This document shows, one piece after another, positions 26,201 through 36,800 of a DNA stretch of 64,000 bases. The notes below the pieces were generated by a model that was not told the origin of the DNA, searched no databases, and worked only from the letters and a program-made list of their open reading frames with translations. This stretch comes from Kiritimatiellia bacterium. GTDB taxonomy: Bacteria; Verrucomicrobiota; Kiritimatiellia; RFP12; UBA1067. How positions within the stretch are numbered: the stretch's first letter is position 1; each line of letters begins with the position of its first letter. Position numbers and translations under genes: made by a program. The DNA lies in the NCBI GenBank assembly GCA_017403825.1, contig JAFRDO010000010.1:20401-84400 (forward strand). Direction: 5' to 3'.

Positions 26201-28318
26201 AACAGATTCCTCCGCGTTACGACACAAAACGCATGGGTGAGGAACCGCAGGCCAGAGGATGTGTTCACCGCCATCGTGGAGACTGTTGAAATCAGAGATT
26301 CGGACGTGCCGCCGCGGCACGTCCCGAAGCGCATCATGGGCCGCGACTACTGGCCTGCCCTTTACAGGTACCGCGACTGGCTGCCAGACGCCAAATACGA
26401 CAACAGCGCCTTTGAGGTGCGGTTCGACAACCCCGACATCTTCAAGCTGCCCGCGTTCCGCGACGCGGTTCCCGTCTACTGGGCACGCAACGATCCGCCG
26501 CCAATTGATGGCGCAAGCGGCACGTGGCGGCGTTTTGCAGATAACTTCACGGCCACCGAACGTGATCGCGAGATCATCACCTCAAACCCCCTTCCTGACC
26601 GTCCGTTCCTTTTCGCGGCAACGGCCAAGCGTCAGTTCTGGACATGGGGCGCGGAATGCGACCTCGACTACGCCGACTTCGCCGACTGGCGGACGCGGCA
26701 TCCTAACGCCCTCTACAGCGGCACGATCCTCGAATGGGACAACGACCTGATGCTTGCCTACCGCCGCATGGCAAGCATGACAAACACGGCGCGCCGGGCG
26801 GAGGTCGAAGCGCTGATCGGAAAGAGCCCCCCGAAGACGCGCGAGGAGCGGATGGACGTGATGCGACGGCACTATGCCGACCGCCACAAGGCGGCTTACG
26901 GCGACAAGATGGCAGTACACGCCTCTCACGTGTTCAGCCAGCACTTCGGCGGCGACTGCGGCGCGGACATGCTTGTCGTCGAAACGACCAACTCGTCCGG
27001 CAGCCCGACCAGCGACTCCGAATACCGCTGGAACCTCGCCCCGATGTTCGTCCGCGGCGCAGCGCGTCAGTTCGACCGTCCGTGGGAATGGTACTGGGCC
27101 GCCTACATGAACGGCTTTCGCACGAACGGTGAATGGCACAATGACGCCGCCTGCAGATATCCCATAGGCCCATCCGCCAAGAATGGGTCCGGAGCAATCA
27201 ACCGTCCGGAATACGGCGTCTCCGGCAACCTGATGCGCCGTCTCTACTACTTCTCATACCTGAACGGCGCGAACATCACGCAGCCCGAGGAATGGTCCGC
27301 CTACTTCCTCACCTGGGACGATGCCGCGGGCAAGACCGTGCTTACCTGTCGCGGACGCGACTACGCGGCCTACCACGATTTCACCGTGAGGAATCCAGGA
27401 CGCGGCACGCCCTATACTCCTATCGCCATCTGCATTCCCCTTTCGCGCGGTTATACGGCCTTCGGAGGCTGGCCGTGGGCGGAAAAAGGTTATGGCTACA
27501 CGCGGAGCGACTTGATGTCAGATGCTGTGTTATTCTCGCTCGTCCCAGGCTTCGAGCGGGCAAAGGCGATGAAGGCTGGCGTCGAGACGAATCTTCACAA
27601 CTCGCGCTTCGCCCAGATGTACGACGTGATTTGTCCCGACGCGCCAAGCCAGTCGGCAGAGACGGCACTTGACGTGATGAAGAGCTACAAGGCCTTGATC
27701 ATAGCCGGCGAGTTCGCCGATCCCAAGGTCGCCCAATGTCTCGCCGAATACGAGAAGAGCGGCGGACGGGTAATTATGTTGTCGGATGACATTCTCCAAG
27801 ATCGGTCTGTTTTAACCACAGATTACACCAAAGACACGGAAAGACATAATGGAGGAAACAGCAATTCCGTGTGTTCCATGTCTTCCGTGGTAACACGGCA
27901 AATGAAAGCGGGGAAAGTGAGTTTCCCCAAGATCGAGTCGATTCTTGAAAACCTTCAGAAGGACTATTTCCCATTCAAGGTCGAAGGCGACTGCCTGTAC
28001 GGCGCAAACCGCACGGAGGGCGGATGGTGGCTGTGGGTGTTCAACAACAAGGGTATCACAAAGTTCACCGACGCACCGCATACCATTGACCATTCGTTCG
28101 ATGCCGACATTACGGTGTCATGCGCGAAAGACAGCATCACAACAGCAAAGGAACTGCTGGCGGAGAAGCCAGTGCCAATCGTGGAAGGCAAATTCAAGTA
28201 TCGCATAGCAGCAGGCGACCTCGCCGTATTCGAGGTGAACACCGCTACGCAAAACCGAATGTTCAGCGCAAAGGAACATGACCGCGAAGCCTACATTGTG
28301 CAGGTCAGACGGTTTTGA
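23246..28318 (+). CDS. Giant secreted multidomain protein (1690 aa): N-terminal module, uncharacterised TIM-barrel-like catalytic-type domain, embedded HxQGMC domain, and a large C-terminal uncharacterised region
   Basis: A GTG start follows a GGAAGGAG RBS and leads into a signal peptide. The frame is open and uninterrupted for 5 kb. An internal segment around 25525-26150 is homologous to the stand-alone HxQGMC proteins. A segment around 24100-25000 is homologous to the central domain of 28396..33825. Confidence 0.7.
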   Translation: MKKLAVMMAALGALAAIADGGGAAAKDNVELLPSAFDGKTPVVVETDAFRLVINPDATAQSLVIKATGEECLASKAGLPVFASVQKRPFNNETRLVQMAKRTMYPANRIRRDGDILRIGFDTAPYEVEVRVRERAGYAAFELVRLISNTVQEKQYGGLEPWQMDVPPVEEFRLLQLPVIERKNFGDWLNVEWDDRAAVAVVGATPYMDVDHEKRGDWRLLRADALSGIGHGITNGVAAIAAGASKDELLAQIEAMENDYDLPRGVASRRNPLLNASIYWTSDISVHNVDEHVANMKKGGFRMALLYYSGMFLNGHAYTNYGDYDLNPERFPNGYDDLKVVLAKIKAAGVTPGFHTLQTFIGFKSRYVTPEADPRLNVKRYFALERPLPGDGATCDVYVAQNPVDAPMHPKCRVLKFGTELMHYESYTTTPPYRFTGVERGYLGTTVKSHGRGDGGGILDVCECTATSCCIDQNTSLQDEIAEKIAKVYDCGMEFLYFDGSEDVNVPCNVNISLSQWKVAKHCGKMPLFTEGCAKTHFGWHLQSGANAFDVFPPEVFKEKIIEYPYKAAQRLAKDFTRVDFGWWGIRAKGPKSVGTQPDMWEYGTSKAAAFDCPATMQMNLHRIHANGRMDDLFETVRRWEDVRARKWLTPEQKEMLKDPKREFHLYLNDKGQYELVEWNQLDVAGGKWTDVRAFIFERNGRRVVAYWHVHDRARLVFAEPLDGTEFLDASGVKYFETSLPAETVRAAFASAAVHGIPTDRRIEIYGFFDDNDGHIQGMCTDGEFIYLTQQSWIYKVDRQGKLVRKIKTPKHTGDVCFHDGRIYASSIHYYGEYRGHGIIRVYDTDLNLLKEKMLEKCGLDGITWLDGYLYVGGGAHKPTIPHKPGEAPETKTPHFDNNLFKVDPNTLEIVERYVLNHGTKTCYGIQNATTDGKLLYFCYYVPGRNIPNCIVYDKNMHVVRTLTFEAGKGSDFGQGFDFVGAVPGGNRFLRVTTQNAWVRNRRPEDVFTAIVETVEIRDSDVPPRHVPKRIMGRDYWPALYRYRDWLPDAKYDNSAFEVRFDNPDIFKLPAFRDAVPVYWARNDPPPIDGASGTWRRFADNFTATERDREIITSNPLPDRPFLFAATAKRQFWTWGAECDLDYADFADWRTRHPNALYSGTILEWDNDLMLAYRRMASMTNTARRAEVEALIGKSPPKTREERMDVMRRHYADRHKAAYGDKMAVHASHVFSQHFGGDCGADMLVVETTNSSGSPTSDSEYRWNLAPMFVRGAARQFDRPWEWYWAAYMNGFRTNGEWHNDAACRYPIGPSAKNGSGAINRPEYGVSGNLMRRLYYFSYLNGANITQPEEWSAYFLTWDDAAGKTVLTCRGRDYAAYHDFTVRNPGRGTPYTPIAICIPLSRGYTAFGGWPWAEKGYGYTRSDLMSDAVLFSLVPGFERAKAMKAGVETNLHNSRFAQMYDVICPDAPSQSAETALDVMKSYKALIIAGEFADPKVAQCLAEYEKSGGRVIMLSDDILQDRSVLTTDYTKDTERHNGGNSNSVCSMSSVVTRQMKAGKVSFPKIESILENLQKDYFPFKVEGDCLYGANRTEGGWWLWVFNNKGITKFTDAPHTIDHSFDADITVSCAKDSITTAKELLAEKPVPIVEGKFKYRIAAGDLAVFEVNTATQNRMFSAKEHDREAYIVQVRRF

Positions 28319-28395
28319 TATACTTCGGCATAGATAATAACGATTGGACTTGTAAATTGAGAAGTGACGAACGAGGATTAACTCTTCGCCTTGCG

Positions 28396-31300
28396 ATGAG
28401 TCTTGCCTTGGCGGCTGGCCTCGTCAGCGGAGCGGAGGAGCTGCGCTTGCCAGGTGAAGACGGAACGCATGTGGCGGCCTCGTGCGCACCCTTTCCAGAC
28501 GCCCTGAGCGCGTTCGTCTGGCGCAACTGGCCGGTGGTGTCCGTCGCGCGCATGGCAAAGGCCGTCGGAGCGGAACCGTCCGCGCTGGAGGCGATAGCCC
28601 GTGAGATGTCGCTTCCCGTACCCCAGCCGCCAGTTTCGCCCCTCTGGCGACGCAAAGGCTACATCACGGTCGTCAAGCGCAATTGGCATCTCCTTCCGTA
28701 CGACCAGCTGCTGACGATGACGGACATGACGCGCAAGGAACTCGCCTACTCCCTCGTCGAGGACGACTTCCTGTTCAGCAAGCTCGGCAACACAAAGCCG
28801 CTCTGCGCACCGGTCGTCTGCACAGAGGAGACGGCGGCGAAAGGCCGTGCGCAGCGCCGCTGGATCGCAAAAACGCTGAAGGAAGAGGGAGTCGTGCCGA
28901 TGGCGCCGGAGGAACCGCGCTTCCGTTTCATCGAAGAGCTGTCGGCCATGCCGTCGCACGACGCACACCCGCCCGCCGCGCAGTCCTCGTTCGACCTGCG
29001 GCTCATCTTCTCGTACTTTGCGGACTACGGCGATCCTCTCGGCGACGATGCGGTCGGTTCGTATCCGGATGGGCTTCTCGCGCGTCTCGCCGACAGCGGC
29101 GTGAACGCCGTCTGGCTGCATACCGTGCTGTCGACGCTCGCCAAGGATCCGCTCTACCCAGAGTTTGGCGACGGCTCGGAGAGGCGCATCGCCAACCTGC
29201 GCACGCTCGTCGCACGGGCGGCGCGCCACGGCATCAAGGTGTATCTCTACGTGAACGAGCCGCGCGCGCAGGACGACGCCTTTTTCGAGAAACCTGGCCG
29301 TCTGGAGATGCGTGGCGCCAGGCGACAGTCGGGCGGAAGCGGCTACGCACGCTGCACGTCGCATCCAGAAACGCGCCGCTGGCTGCGCGACTCGCTGCGG
29401 CAGGTATTTTCGCAGGTACCGGGCCTGGGCGGCGTATTCACGATCACGATGAGTGAGAACCTCACCAACTGCGCCTCGCGGTGGAAACGCGAGACATGCC
29501 CGCGCTGCAAGGATCGAAGGGTCGGAGACATCGTGGCCGAGGTGAACCGCACCATCTGGGAGGGCGTGAAGGCTGGCGATCCGAATGCAGAGGTCATCGC
29601 ATGGGACTGGGCGTGGCCGAAGGACGAGCGCACGTCCATCGTCGCACAGCTGCCGGCCGGGTCGTGCCGAATCATGTCCGTAAGCGAGATAGGCATGCCT
29701 TTCGTGCGCGGCGGCGTCACGTCCGAAATCAACGAGTACTCCCTTTCGACGCCGGGACCGAGCGACCGTGCGAAGGCTATCTGGGCGGCGGCGAGCGCAC
29801 ACGGGATGAAGACGGCAGCGAAGGTGCAGGCCGCGCTCACCTGGGAAATGAGCGCCGTGCCATATCTGCCGGTCATGGATATCGTCTCCGAACACGCGCA
29901 CAACCTGATCGATAACGGCGTTGACGGCGTGATGCTCTCCTGGTCGCTAGGCTCCGCGCCGACGCCAAACCTTGCCGTCTACACAGACTGCCGCCGAGGC
30001 GAGGAGCCCGGCGCAGTGCTCGACCGCCTCGCGGAACGGCTCTACGGACGTACAGGAGTCGCAGCGGCACGGGCCGCGTGGACCGCCTATTCCGACGGCT
30101 TCCGGGAATACCCGTTCAACATATCGTCCGTCTACTGCGGAAACCACACGCTCGGACCTGCCAACCACCTTTATGCGGAGCCGTCCGGCTGGACGGCCTC
30201 GATGGTGGGCTATCCTTTCGACGACCTGAAACGGTGGCGGGCGATTTTCCCCGAAGACGTTTGGCTAACGCAGATGGCGAAGGTACGCGATGGGTTCAAG
30301 AAGGGAAATGCGGCGTTCGAGGGCCTCGTCGCGTCACTGACCGGCGAGCGGCGGACGGCAGCAGAACGCGAGCTTGGACTCTTCCGCGCGATCGAAAACC
30401 ATTTCTGCGCCGTTGTCGACCAGGGGATGTTCGTGATGGCGCGCGAAAAAGGCAACAAGGCCGAGATGATCGCCTGCGCCCGCCGCGAACTTGAAACGGC
30501 ACGGAAGCATCTCGACCTAGTGCGCGCCGACAGCCGCATAGGATACGAATGCTCCAACCACTACTTCTACATTCCGCAAGACATCATCGAGAAGATGCTG
30601 AACTGCCGAGATGCCATTGCCAGGCTTACCGGAAACACAGGTACGGACACGCCAATCGCGGCGACGTGGTCTACGGACGACTTCGACCTTTCGCTCGCAA
30701 CCAACGGTTGCCTTGTATCCCTGAAGGAAAAGGAGACAGGGCGCGAACTCCTGCGCTGGAAGGGAAAGTTCGCCTCTGTCGTGGCCCAGGACGGCCGGGA
30801 GACGAAGGTCTCTTCTGTAAGCCGCGACGACGACGGACGGTTACACCTCTCCTTCGACGGCATGGACGGCGAGGCGGTGATGTCCGTCCGCGCCACGCAT
30901 TGGGGACTCGTCTTCACTGCGGAACGCCTGACCGTGCCGGACGCAAAAGAGTTCAAGTTCCTTATCGTCTATCCCGTCTGCCGGACGTACAACGGCTCGA
31001 TGATGAACGCCATGAGCGACGACGAATCGGCCGTCGTGCTGCGCACCTACGAGCTCGCGGCGGACATGCGCAACCGCGGCAACACAGTGCTGGAGGCCGT
31101 GGCGGAGGTCGCGGCGCATCCGCCGGCCCTGCCGTCGCGCGCCGCGCTAGTCGCCGCGCCACGTCGGCAAGTCCTCTTACGGATGAAGGAACTGACGCGC
31201 GATGCCGGAATCCTGTCGTCGCCCTGCGGCGGCGCATGGAGCCTGGAGGCTCCGGAGAACCGCGAGTCATACATCATCGGCAGCGTATCGCGGGAGTCCG

Positions 31301-33825
31301 CCGAGGACTGGATCGCTCTCGCCGAACGCGGCGGCTTCCGGACGGTCAGCTTCTACGACTGGTGGAAGACGCTCGGACACTACGACGCCGAGCCTAAGAA
31401 GTTCCCGCGCGGCGATGACGACATATGCGAGACGATTGCCATGCTCCATGCGGCCGGTCTCAAGGCCGGGATGCACACGCTGACTGCGGGTATCGACTTC
31501 CAAGACGCCTGGACGCGCCCCGTCTGCCATGCTGACCTGCTCGTAACCCACGCCTACACGCTCGCCAGGCCGTTCTCTGACGGCGACACGGAGATGGTCG
31601 TGAACGAGGCGCCGGGTCCGCGCCACCATCTCGTGACTTCATTCCTCTCGAACGGCAACATCCTGCGCGTCGGAGGGGAACTTTTCACTTACGCCGGGAT
31701 TCGCGGCGACGCCGCGCCGTATGCGTTCACGGGCGTGAAGCGCGGGGCCTATGGCACGACAAGGGGCAGCAACATTCCCGCCGGTACGCGCGTGGAGTAT
31801 CTCTTCCAGCACTTCTACTCGTTCTTCCCGGAGCCGTCGTCGCCGTTCATGGACACTATGGCCGCGCACCTCGCCGCGCGCTACCGGCAGCTCGGCTTCG
31901 ACTTCGTATACCACGATGGCGCGGAGCCGATGAGTCGCTACAACGTGGATCTGACGCGGCGGAAGTTCGCCGCCGCAATCGACCAGTCAGAACGTCCGCT
32001 GCAGGTGGAGGCAAGCGTCGGCGGCGCGCACAGCTGGTGGTTCCATTCGCGTCTCGGCGCCTGGGATCATCCGCGCTGGGCGCTCAAGAGCTTCCACGAC
32101 CGCCACCTCGCGTACTGCCGCGACCAGGTCGTCAAGGCAGAAATGCTTGCGCCTCAGGTCGGCTGGTGGTCGGTGATGAAAGCTGACGGTTCGGTGCGCG
32201 GAAGCTTCACGGACGAGTCGGAATACTTCGCCTCTCGGAACGCTGGCGAGGACTTCGCGATGTCGCTGACCGGGGTGAACGTGTCCAAGGGGCCGCTTGC
32301 GTTCTCGGTGGAGCGGCAGACCACGATAATCGGACGCTACGAACGTTTCCGCCTCGCCCGGGCGTTCACTGCCGAGGCGATGGAGCGGATGCGTCAGCCG
32401 GGCGCGGAGTTCAGGCTCGCACAGGGCGCGGACGGAATCTGGACGCTGACACCCGCCGCCGTTGCAACGCACCGGGCGACGGCAGACTTCCGCCTCTGGT
32501 CGTTTGATGCACCCCAAGCCGGAAAAAGCGCACTGCGAGTCGAGGCGCTGTACAAAGCGGGCGATGAGGGCGAAACGCTTATCGGACCGCTCGATGCGGC
32601 CAACCTCAAGACGTCTGCGGCGGAGAAGGTGTCGGTTGCGGTAACGACGGCGCACGACACGGAAATGGGCGACGTGCTCGTTTTACGGGCGGAGAACCAT
32701 GGTGATGCACGGCGCGGCGCATGGGGCGGCGCTGGGCTCGCCTACGGCCATCCCTACCGCAACGTTACTGGCGGACGGCAGGACATGGGGAAGGCGTTCG
32801 GTTTCTGGGTTAAGGGCGACGGTTCGGGTGCCGTGCTCGACTTCCGAATCACGTCGCCGCGCATACATAACGCCGGGCAGTCCGATCACTTCGTGACACT
32901 GGACTTCACAGGCTGGCGGCGTGTGAACGTGCTGTTGCGCGAACGCGACGCCGCGCGTCATGCTTCGCTCGCCTGGCCGGGGCAACGCACCGGGCACAGC
33001 ATACTGTACATGACCTACAGAGACCTTGTGACCCCGGAGCGTATAGAGAAGATCGAATTCTTCCTGAACGAGATTCCAATCAACAGCGTTGCAGAGGCCG
33101 TAATCGCGCCCGTCCGGGCTATGTCGACCGCGAAAGGACGCGTGGACGCGGCAACTGTCGTCGTGAACGGCATCCGCCATGCTGTGCCATTCGCCTTGGA
33201 GTCCGGGGAGTACGCGGAACTGGAAAAGGACGTGTGGACGCGCTATTCGGAGGCTGGAGAGCCGATGGAGGAATCTGCGGGTGCGGAACCGGTTGCACTC
33301 GCTGCCGGAGCAAACGAATGCCGGTTCGAAGCAGCGGACGCAGGGGCCCGGACGGAAGTGACCCTTGTCGCACTCGGACGCCCGTTCTCCGCGCTGAAGC
33401 CGCTTGACTCTTTGCCGGCTGCAGATCGAAAGACCCTCGACTACGAGGCACTCGATCCCATCGTGTATTGTCCGGCGAAAGGATTGGCGCGTCCGTTCGG
33501 GATCGCGGCGAGGCCCGGCGAAACGGCACGACTCGAGGTAGAAATCCTAGGACCGGTGAAGACACCGGCGCTGGAGTTCCGTGTGCGCGGCGCGGAGACG
33601 AAAGTATGCTCGTTCATAACGGATCTGGAAGCGAACGAAAAACTCATCTGCCGCAATGGCAAGGAGTGGAAGGTTGTAAAGGACTTCAAGACGGTACGCG
33701 TCGGCACGTTGGAAAAACCGATTCCAGAAGTATCGGGATTCGTCGGCGTGCGCGTGCGGAGTGCCAATCCGTCGTCGGCACACGCACGCGTAAACCTCGT
33801 GAAGCGCTATGACAGAGGCAATTGA
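28396..33825 (+). CDS. Giant secreted multidomain protein (~1810 aa): N-terminal TIM-barrel hydrolase-like domain ('YVNEP', CPRC) plus a central domain homologous to the giant protein 23246..28318
   Basis: The start was chosen at the ATG at 28396, giving MSLALAAGLVSG. A TTG at 28357 would give a more canonical signal peptide, and the annotated ORF begins at 28315. The frame is open for 5.4 kb. The shared block 'PY.FTGV.RG.YGTT ... F.YHDGAEP' matches the upstream giant protein. Confidence 0.7.
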   Translation: MSLALAAGLVSGAEELRLPGEDGTHVAASCAPFPDALSAFVWRNWPVVSVARMAKAVGAEPSALEAIAREMSLPVPQPPVSPLWRRKGYITVVKRNWHLLPYDQLLTMTDMTRKELAYSLVEDDFLFSKLGNTKPLCAPVVCTEETAAKGRAQRRWIAKTLKEEGVVPMAPEEPRFRFIEELSAMPSHDAHPPAAQSSFDLRLIFSYFADYGDPLGDDAVGSYPDGLLARLADSGVNAVWLHTVLSTLAKDPLYPEFGDGSERRIANLRTLVARAARHGIKVYLYVNEPRAQDDAFFEKPGRLEMRGARRQSGGSGYARCTSHPETRRWLRDSLRQVFSQVPGLGGVFTITMSENLTNCASRWKRETCPRCKDRRVGDIVAEVNRTIWEGVKAGDPNAEVIAWDWAWPKDERTSIVAQLPAGSCRIMSVSEIGMPFVRGGVTSEINEYSLSTPGPSDRAKAIWAAASAHGMKTAAKVQAALTWEMSAVPYLPVMDIVSEHAHNLIDNGVDGVMLSWSLGSAPTPNLAVYTDCRRGEEPGAVLDRLAERLYGRTGVAAARAAWTAYSDGFREYPFNISSVYCGNHTLGPANHLYAEPSGWTASMVGYPFDDLKRWRAIFPEDVWLTQMAKVRDGFKKGNAAFEGLVASLTGERRTAAERELGLFRAIENHFCAVVDQGMFVMAREKGNKAEMIACARRELETARKHLDLVRADSRIGYECSNHYFYIPQDIIEKMLNCRDAIARLTGNTGTDTPIAATWSTDDFDLSLATNGCLVSLKEKETGRELLRWKGKFASVVAQDGRETKVSSVSRDDDGRLHLSFDGMDGEAVMSVRATHWGLVFTAERLTVPDAKEFKFLIVYPVCRTYNGSMMNAMSDDESAVVLRTYELAADMRNRGNTVLEAVAEVAAHPPALPSRAALVAAPRRQVLLRMKELTRDAGILSSPCGGAWSLEAPENRESYIIGSVSRESAEDWIALAERGGFRTVSFYDWWKTLGHYDAEPKKFPRGDDDICETIAMLHAAGLKAGMHTLTAGIDFQDAWTRPVCHADLLVTHAYTLARPFSDGDTEMVVNEAPGPRHHLVTSFLSNGNILRVGGELFTYAGIRGDAAPYAFTGVKRGAYGTTRGSNIPAGTRVEYLFQHFYSFFPEPSSPFMDTMAAHLAARYRQLGFDFVYHDGAEPMSRYNVDLTRRKFAAAIDQSERPLQVEASVGGAHSWWFHSRLGAWDHPRWALKSFHDRHLAYCRDQVVKAEMLAPQVGWWSVMKADGSVRGSFTDESEYFASRNAGEDFAMSLTGVNVSKGPLAFSVERQTTIIGRYERFRLARAFTAEAMERMRQPGAEFRLAQGADGIWTLTPAAVATHRATADFRLWSFDAPQAGKSALRVEALYKAGDEGETLIGPLDAANLKTSAAEKVSVAVTTAHDTEMGDVLVLRAENHGDARRGAWGGAGLAYGHPYRNVTGGRQDMGKAFGFWVKGDGSGAVLDFRITSPRIHNAGQSDHFVTLDFTGWRRVNVLLRERDAARHASLAWPGQRTGHSILYMTYRDLVTPERIEKIEFFLNEIPINSVAEAVIAPVRAMSTAKGRVDAATVVVNGIRHAVPFALESGEYAELEKDVWTRYSEAGEPMEESAGAEPVALAAGANECRFEAADAGARTEVTLVALGRPFSALKPLDSLPAADRKTLDYEALDPIVYCPAKGLARPFGIAARPGETARLEVEILGPVKTPALEFRVRGAETKVCSFITDLEANEKLICRNGKEWKVVKDFKTVRVGTLEKPIPEVSGFVGVRVRSANPSSAHARVNLVKRYDRGN

Positions 33826-33869
33826 CTAGTTCTCCAGCTCAATATAACTCGCATAAAAGGAACATATCA

Positions 33870-36800
33870 ATGACAAAGTTGAAGATTTCAATAATTTGCT
33901 TGCTTTTTGCGATTTGGGGACAGTCCCCACAAGTTTGGGGACAGTCCCCGGCTGAGACCACGGCAGCGGTTTGGGGACAGTCCCCAACGGCGGTGGCGCA
34001 GGCGGAGTTTGAGAAGTATTACTTGGCGGTGACGGGCAAGGCCGCGCCGCAGGATGCCGTGACATTCGCCATTGACCCCGCCATGTCAAAGACCGGCAAG
34101 GACGCATATTCAATCGTGTCCTGCGGCAAAGGCGTGAAAATCACGGGCTCGAACGTGCGGAGCGTTCTCTATGGCGTGTACGACCTTCTGGAAAAGCGGG
34201 CTGGGTGCCATTGGTTCTGGGATGGCGACATCGTGCCGAAACGCGAGACTATCAACCTCTCTGGCCTGGACATCCATGAGGAGGCGCACTTTGAGTACCG
34301 GGGGCTCCGCTACTTCGCGCATCGGGGCCTTACGCGCTTTCAGGCCGAGCACTGGGGATTCGAGGACTGGAAGAAAGAAATCGACTGGATGCTCAAGCGG
34401 CGGCTGAACGTGTTCATGCTTCGCATCGGGCAAGATGACCTTTTCCAACGGACCTTTCCGGACATCTGTGGCTATCCCGATCCGTCCAAGGACCTTCCCG
34501 GTGCTGGGGAAGGCTACGACAACCGCACGCTATTCTGGAGCCTCCAATACCGAGGCGAACTGCGTCGGCGCATCCAAGCGTATGCGTTCGAGCGGGGGCT
34601 GATGGCGCCGGAAGACTTCGGCACGATGACGCACTGGTATTCGCGCACGCCTGAGGATTTCCTGGAGACGATGAATCCGCCGTTCCTGCCGCAGTCGACA
34701 AGCGGCTATGCGGAGCGGAACGGACTTGTCTGGGACGTTCGCGAAGATAAATGGGCGGACGAATACTGGAAGCTCACGAAGACTGCCGTGGATGCGTACG
34801 GGAAAGGCGCTCCGCAACGGCTTCTGCACACGATTGGCCTTGGCGAGCGCCGCTGCTACACTAACCGTCAGGACAACTTCAATCTCAAGGTCGAAGTCCT
34901 GGACAAGTTCCTAGCCCGCGCGCACCGCGACTATCCGGACGCCAAGGTTCTGCTCGCCGGCTGGGACTTCTACTTCACTTGGTTTCCCGAAGAAGTGCGT
35001 GCGCTCGTTGGACGGCTAGACCCTAAACGCGACATCATCTGGGACTACGAGGGCGATGCCACGCGCGACTGGCGCAAGGAGATGCAAGGACTCAACAACA
35101 ACTTCACCAAGTGGGGAGTCGTCGGGAAGTTCCCCTACACCTATTCCATCTTCCTTGCCTACGAATCGGCCCTTGACACGCGCGCGAACTATCCGCTAAT
35201 CGAGGAGCGGCAGAAGATAGTCCAGAACGACCCGGCTTGCGTCGGCTACGTCTTCTGGCCCGAGGCAAGCCATACCGATACGTTGTGCCTCAGGTACTTC
35301 ACTGCAAACGCATGGGCCAACGAGGCGGTGCCGCACGGAAAGGTTCTGGACGAATTCTGCGCAAGCCGCTACGGCGCCCTTGCCGGGCAGATGAAGGCAA
35401 TTTGGGAAAAGGCGTTGCCAGCATCGATGCTGCGCGACTGGGACGCGAACTACGGGAGGCTGATCACTGGAAGCGGCGAAAGCCTTCCGCCGTGCGACGA
35501 GAAGACACTGGCGGCGTGGAAGCAACCGGTCGAAGTCGCCAGGACAGTATTCGGGGAACTTGCCGACATTCCGTGGGCGGATGACTTTCTCCGGCGCGAC
35601 ACCATTGACATCGCCCGCATGGTGCTTGACCGCGTCATTACGTTGCGAACGTTCGAGTTGAGCCGGGACGTCGCCGCGTGGCGAGACGGTATGGACGCAC
35701 AGGCCAATTCCCTCCCTGAGAGGGCGAAGAGCCTCGCCGCGCTCTGCGACAAGATGGCCGATCTTTTGGAACTGCACACCGACTATTCGCTCTGGGAATC
35801 GTATCTTCGCCTTGATGCGGTGGAGAAAGTGCGCAATCCCGACTTCCCGAAGACGCTCCTCGACAACGCCTCCTGCAGCTACTGCCGCAGCCACCAGTAC
35901 GAACTGGCGCGGCACTGGTATGCGCCGCGCATGGAGAAGATGGCGTTGCGCCTAGCGGACGCCATTGCCTCCGGAGACCGCAACGTCAAGCTGTTTGACG
36001 ATCGCAACGCGGAGCGCCGCGCGCTCCTGGCCCGTCCGCTGGAGTCGCTCAAGCCAGTGCAGCCGCGCACGTGGGACCGCTATCGCGAGACCCTGCGCAC
36101 AATCGGCACGCAAGTTTCCGCTCCCGACGCGCTCCATGCGCGAACGACGCGCCTGCACGAGGGCATCCCATCCGTCGAGGTGTCGCCTAAGAACGGACGC
36201 ATCTGGGTGACATGGTACGGAAGCCCTACTGGCGGCGAAGACTCAAACAACTATGCCGTCCTGGCCACGAGCGCTGACGGCGGCGACACGTGGAAAGAGG
36301 TCGCCGTTGCGGATCCGGACGGCGACGGGCCTGTCCGCGCGTTCGATCCTGAGATATGGATTTCGCCTGACGGGAAACTCCGCTGGTTCTGGACGGAACG
36401 CGTTGCGCCGCTTGCGGCAGAAGCGAAGAACCGCAATGCCGGCTGCCTTGCCTCCCCCACGAACGATGTCCTGATGATGGCGGTCTTCAACAATGCCGAA
36501 GACGAACCCGATCCAAAACATCTGCCGGTCTCAAGGAAGATAGCGAGAGGCATAATGATGACCAAGCCGATCGTCTCACCGGACGGCGATTGGCTGTTCC
36601 CGATCGCCAACTGGTTCGAGGCTCCTTCTGGCAACGTCTGGGCCTCGTCCGATCGCGGCGGCACTTTGCGACTTGTCGGAGGCGTGACGCTGCCGAAAAA
36701 CGAACGCCTGTTTGACGAACACAACATCTATTTCACGAAAAGCGGAAAGCTTGCCTGCTGGTCGCGCACCAGGACAGGATGGATGCATGCATTTTCGACG

